Origin: Microthyrium microscopicum
Lineage: Eukaryota
Reading direction: 5' to 3'
Length of the DNA: 64,000 bases
Assembly (NCBI GenBank): GCA_010405405.1
Contig: MU004237.1
Location: 941,345 to 1,005,344, forward strand
Each line of letters opens with the position of its first letter. Position 1 is the stretch's first letter. This document shows, one piece after another, positions 61,328 to 64,000 of this stretch. The translations under genes were made by a program, and so were the position numbers. The notes under the pieces are model-generated. The model had not been told where the DNA came from. It searched no databases and saw nothing but the letters and a program-made list of their open reading frames with translations.

Positions 61328-64000
61328 ATGGCTGATCCAGTGGGCCTCGCCTTCAACATTGCAGCCGCTATTCCCAAAGCCATCGACATTGCCAACAAAA
61401 TCATTGAGGTGTGCCAATTTTATGTGAAGCTTCAAGAGGGCGGTCCTCCTGAGGTTCGTCTCCTCCTAGTCGAGATCTCTACGGTGCGATCCGTTCTGGA
61501 AAGCACCATGTTCCTCCAAGAGTATGATGAATCTTCAGCTCAAGCAGGAGGCACGTCTGAGATGGTTGAAGGTTGTACCCAGACGCTTGTAGCTCTGGAG
61601 AAGTTGCTGCCAAAGGAAAAGAAGCTCTTTGCCGTAGATGGGCTAGAGCCAAAGAAGAGGACTAAAGCTCTGGCTCTCTTTGGGATCAAGCATCATGCGC
61701 CATCTGCGGAGAAGAGCAAATTCGACTACGCGTGGGACACCGCCAAATGGCAGGTCAATAAGGATGAGGCCAAGAAGCTGCTAGAAAGGTTGAATTCTTA
61801 CAAGCTATCGATTACTATGAAGCTGACTCAGGATTGCTGGTTCGTGGTGACTTGATATGGCTCTTTGGTACGCCTACTAAATAGTATACAGGGGCGACAT
61901 TAAGGAGACGAAGATCAATACCGAGGTAACAAGAGACATTGTATCTCGTGAGTACATTTCCTCTAGCATTGACGCATCAACTTATAGCATTGTAGGCGAT
62001 GAGCGATATAAATTCTTCGACTGGCTTGGCAATTCGCACTGGAAAGAAGCACAAAATTTTCATAACAACATGAGGAAGTATCGTGAACCAGAAACATGCT
62101 CTTGGATCTTAAAGGACCAGAGCTGGAAAGATTGGGTTGGGTGTAAAACTCGATGTCTTTGGTAAGTCACCCGAACGAACGGAATGTTCTACGCACCCCA
62201 AATACCCCAAATGTAACCATGTAAACTTGGAAGTGCCGTTTTTTACATGTTTTATGACAGGATCAGAGGTATGAAAACTATAAGCTTACAAGTGCTAGGA
62301 TATACGGCATTCCAGGATCAGGGAAGTCTGTTCTAGCATCCTACGCAGTAGATGAAGCAAAGACTTTTCCTACCACTATCGGGGATTGCTCTGTCTATTA
62401 CTACTGCTACTATGGTCATGCCCAGGATGAAGTAGGTCCTTTTCTCCGAGCCATCATTATTCAGCTATGTGGAAAAACTGGCCTTGATATCAATACATGT
62501 CTCAAAACACTTTGCGGTGCATGGAATCACAACATCGAGCCTACCACAGACATTTTGCTGTCTGGCTTGGCAGAGATTTTGAGATCGCTACCTGTCATCT
62601 ACGTGATCTTGGACGCTTTGGACGAAAGCCAAAATTCGCAAAATCTCGTAGCATTACTGCATGTGCTCGCAACTGAGGCGAGATTCATAACACTTCATAT
62701 TCTGGTTACAAGTCGGCAAGAACGGAGAATTGAGGCTGGAATCACAAGGATAGACAAGTGTTCTAAGATTTCCATGGAGAATCCTCTTTTAGAAGAAGAT
62801 ATTCGATGCTGTGTCAAATCCAAGCTACAATCTATTCTGCAATTTGAACAATGGCCGGTACAACTGCTGAAGGAGGTTGAAGAGATAGTTCCGCGAGAAG
62901 CAAGAGGAATGTGAGTTTTAGACCCCAAGAGATTATCGACCGGACAGACTGGTCGATAAGATACATGGCGCACTCCCATCAAGTGCGATGGCTACCATCT
63001 GCTACGCTCTATAACGGAGGGTTCTATTTCCCCTAAATGCGTAGAATCATGGATTCTCCATCGAATGCGCTAGGAAGTAAAGCACTTATTCGTTATAGAG
63101 TGCGATGGGAGCACCCTATTGATGGGAGCGCAATCCAGTCTGTCAGCCGGTTGATTGACATGATTTTGCGTTCAAACTAATGTTCTAGCCTTCTAGGTTT
63201 CAATGGGCAGTTTGTCAAATTGAGGAGTTGAAAAGAATCGTGCCTGAACAAGAGGCCGTCTCGAGGGCACTTTCAAACCTTCCTAAGGATTTGAATTTAA
63301 CTTATCGCAGGGTCCTAGACCGGATTGAAGACTCCGATTTGATATTTGTCAAGCATGCCATGATGTGGATCATTCATGAACAGGCGGTTCAAGAAAATTG
63401 CACTCGGGAGCTAAGCCTTACGAGTGAACGATTGTTGGACCAGATTCGTGCGAGCATGAGCAATATTCGCCCCGACTTAGTGGATCGTTACTATAGCTTA
63501 TTAGACCTTCACGATCTATGTGGCTGTCTAATCCGGACCGGAAACAACAGTGTCGCGGAAGTTTCGTTCTCGCATTACACAGTGTATGAGTATCTCAGGA
63601 CGGCTCCTTTTGGTGAAGAACCAAACCTTGGATACTCTTTCAGCAGTCCGTCAGTGATTGCAATCCCATTGAAGATTGCCCTCTTTGATGTTATGAATCC
63701 AAAAGCATTTTCCGACATAAATCTTAGCACTCGGAGACCGACGGTTGATACCATGAGCTGTATGGAATATTTCAGACTTTTTGCAATTCACAGCATCAAT
63801 CATGAGGATGAGATAATAGGCAACGATGAGGAGTTGATGGGTCTCTGGCCTACAATACTGGACCCTTCGAAACCGTATTTTAAAGAGTTGTATGCTATCA
63901 TTCCAAGCATATCCTCTGGAGATTCGCCGCTGGAACAGCTGTGTTTGGGGGCCGGAACTATGATCGAGGAGGACTGGCGCAGTCTCGCACGGGTCGATAT
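61328..64000 (+). CDS. NACHT-type fungal NLR with HeLo-like/SesA-like N-terminal domain (3' end beyond window)
   Basis: MADPVGLAFNIAA N-terminus, ETCSWI..W..W, Walker A GIPGSGKS, Walker B YVILDALDE, LVTSR, GM|FQWAVCQI and LPKDLNLTYRRVL. Confidence 0.88.
62935..63155. repeat. Long imperfect inverted repeat (fold-back/MITE-like) inside an NLR intron
   Basis: Nested complementary arms GACAGACTGG/CCAGTCTGTC, CTCCCATCAA/TTGATGGGAG and CGCTCTATAACG/CGTTATAGAGTG. Confidence 0.75.

Overview
Eukaryotic, intron-containing DNA from a filamentous ascomycete (Pezizomycotina-type GT..CTRAC..YAG introns of about 50 nt, and RIP-like AT-rich transposon relics). About 27 genes or gene remnants are visible. 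Housekeeping genes: NAT1/Naa15, MCH1-like MFS, mitochondrial HSP78 with an upstream heat-shock element, queuosine salvage QNG1/DUF2419, RPL26 and an AT-hook/C2H2 protein. Metabolic and accessory genes: PhzF-like, 3-beta-HSD-like, PAP2, cupin, TauD, two P450s, Pth11-like, beta-lactamase-family and an HsbA-type cell wall protein. Two NLR-like STAND genes are present (NB-ARC-TPR, and a NACHT cut off by the window end). The most notable items are: (1) a tandem triplet of divergent SET-TPR-like-(OB-like)-MYND genes, all with degenerate SET catalytic motifs; (2) two otherwise intact genes each broken by a single in-frame TAG in a TTAG-N-R context, candidates for A-to-I stop editing or readthrough versus recent pseudogenization; (3) a box C/D snoRNA-like element in a structured NAT1 intron; (4) an NLR with a 1-nt frameshift in a G run, divergent from a serine hydrolase that is bracketed by two RIP-damaged TA-flanked TIR elements; (5) a long fold-back element in a NACHT NLR intron. 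Exon boundaries were read by eye and no database searches were run.
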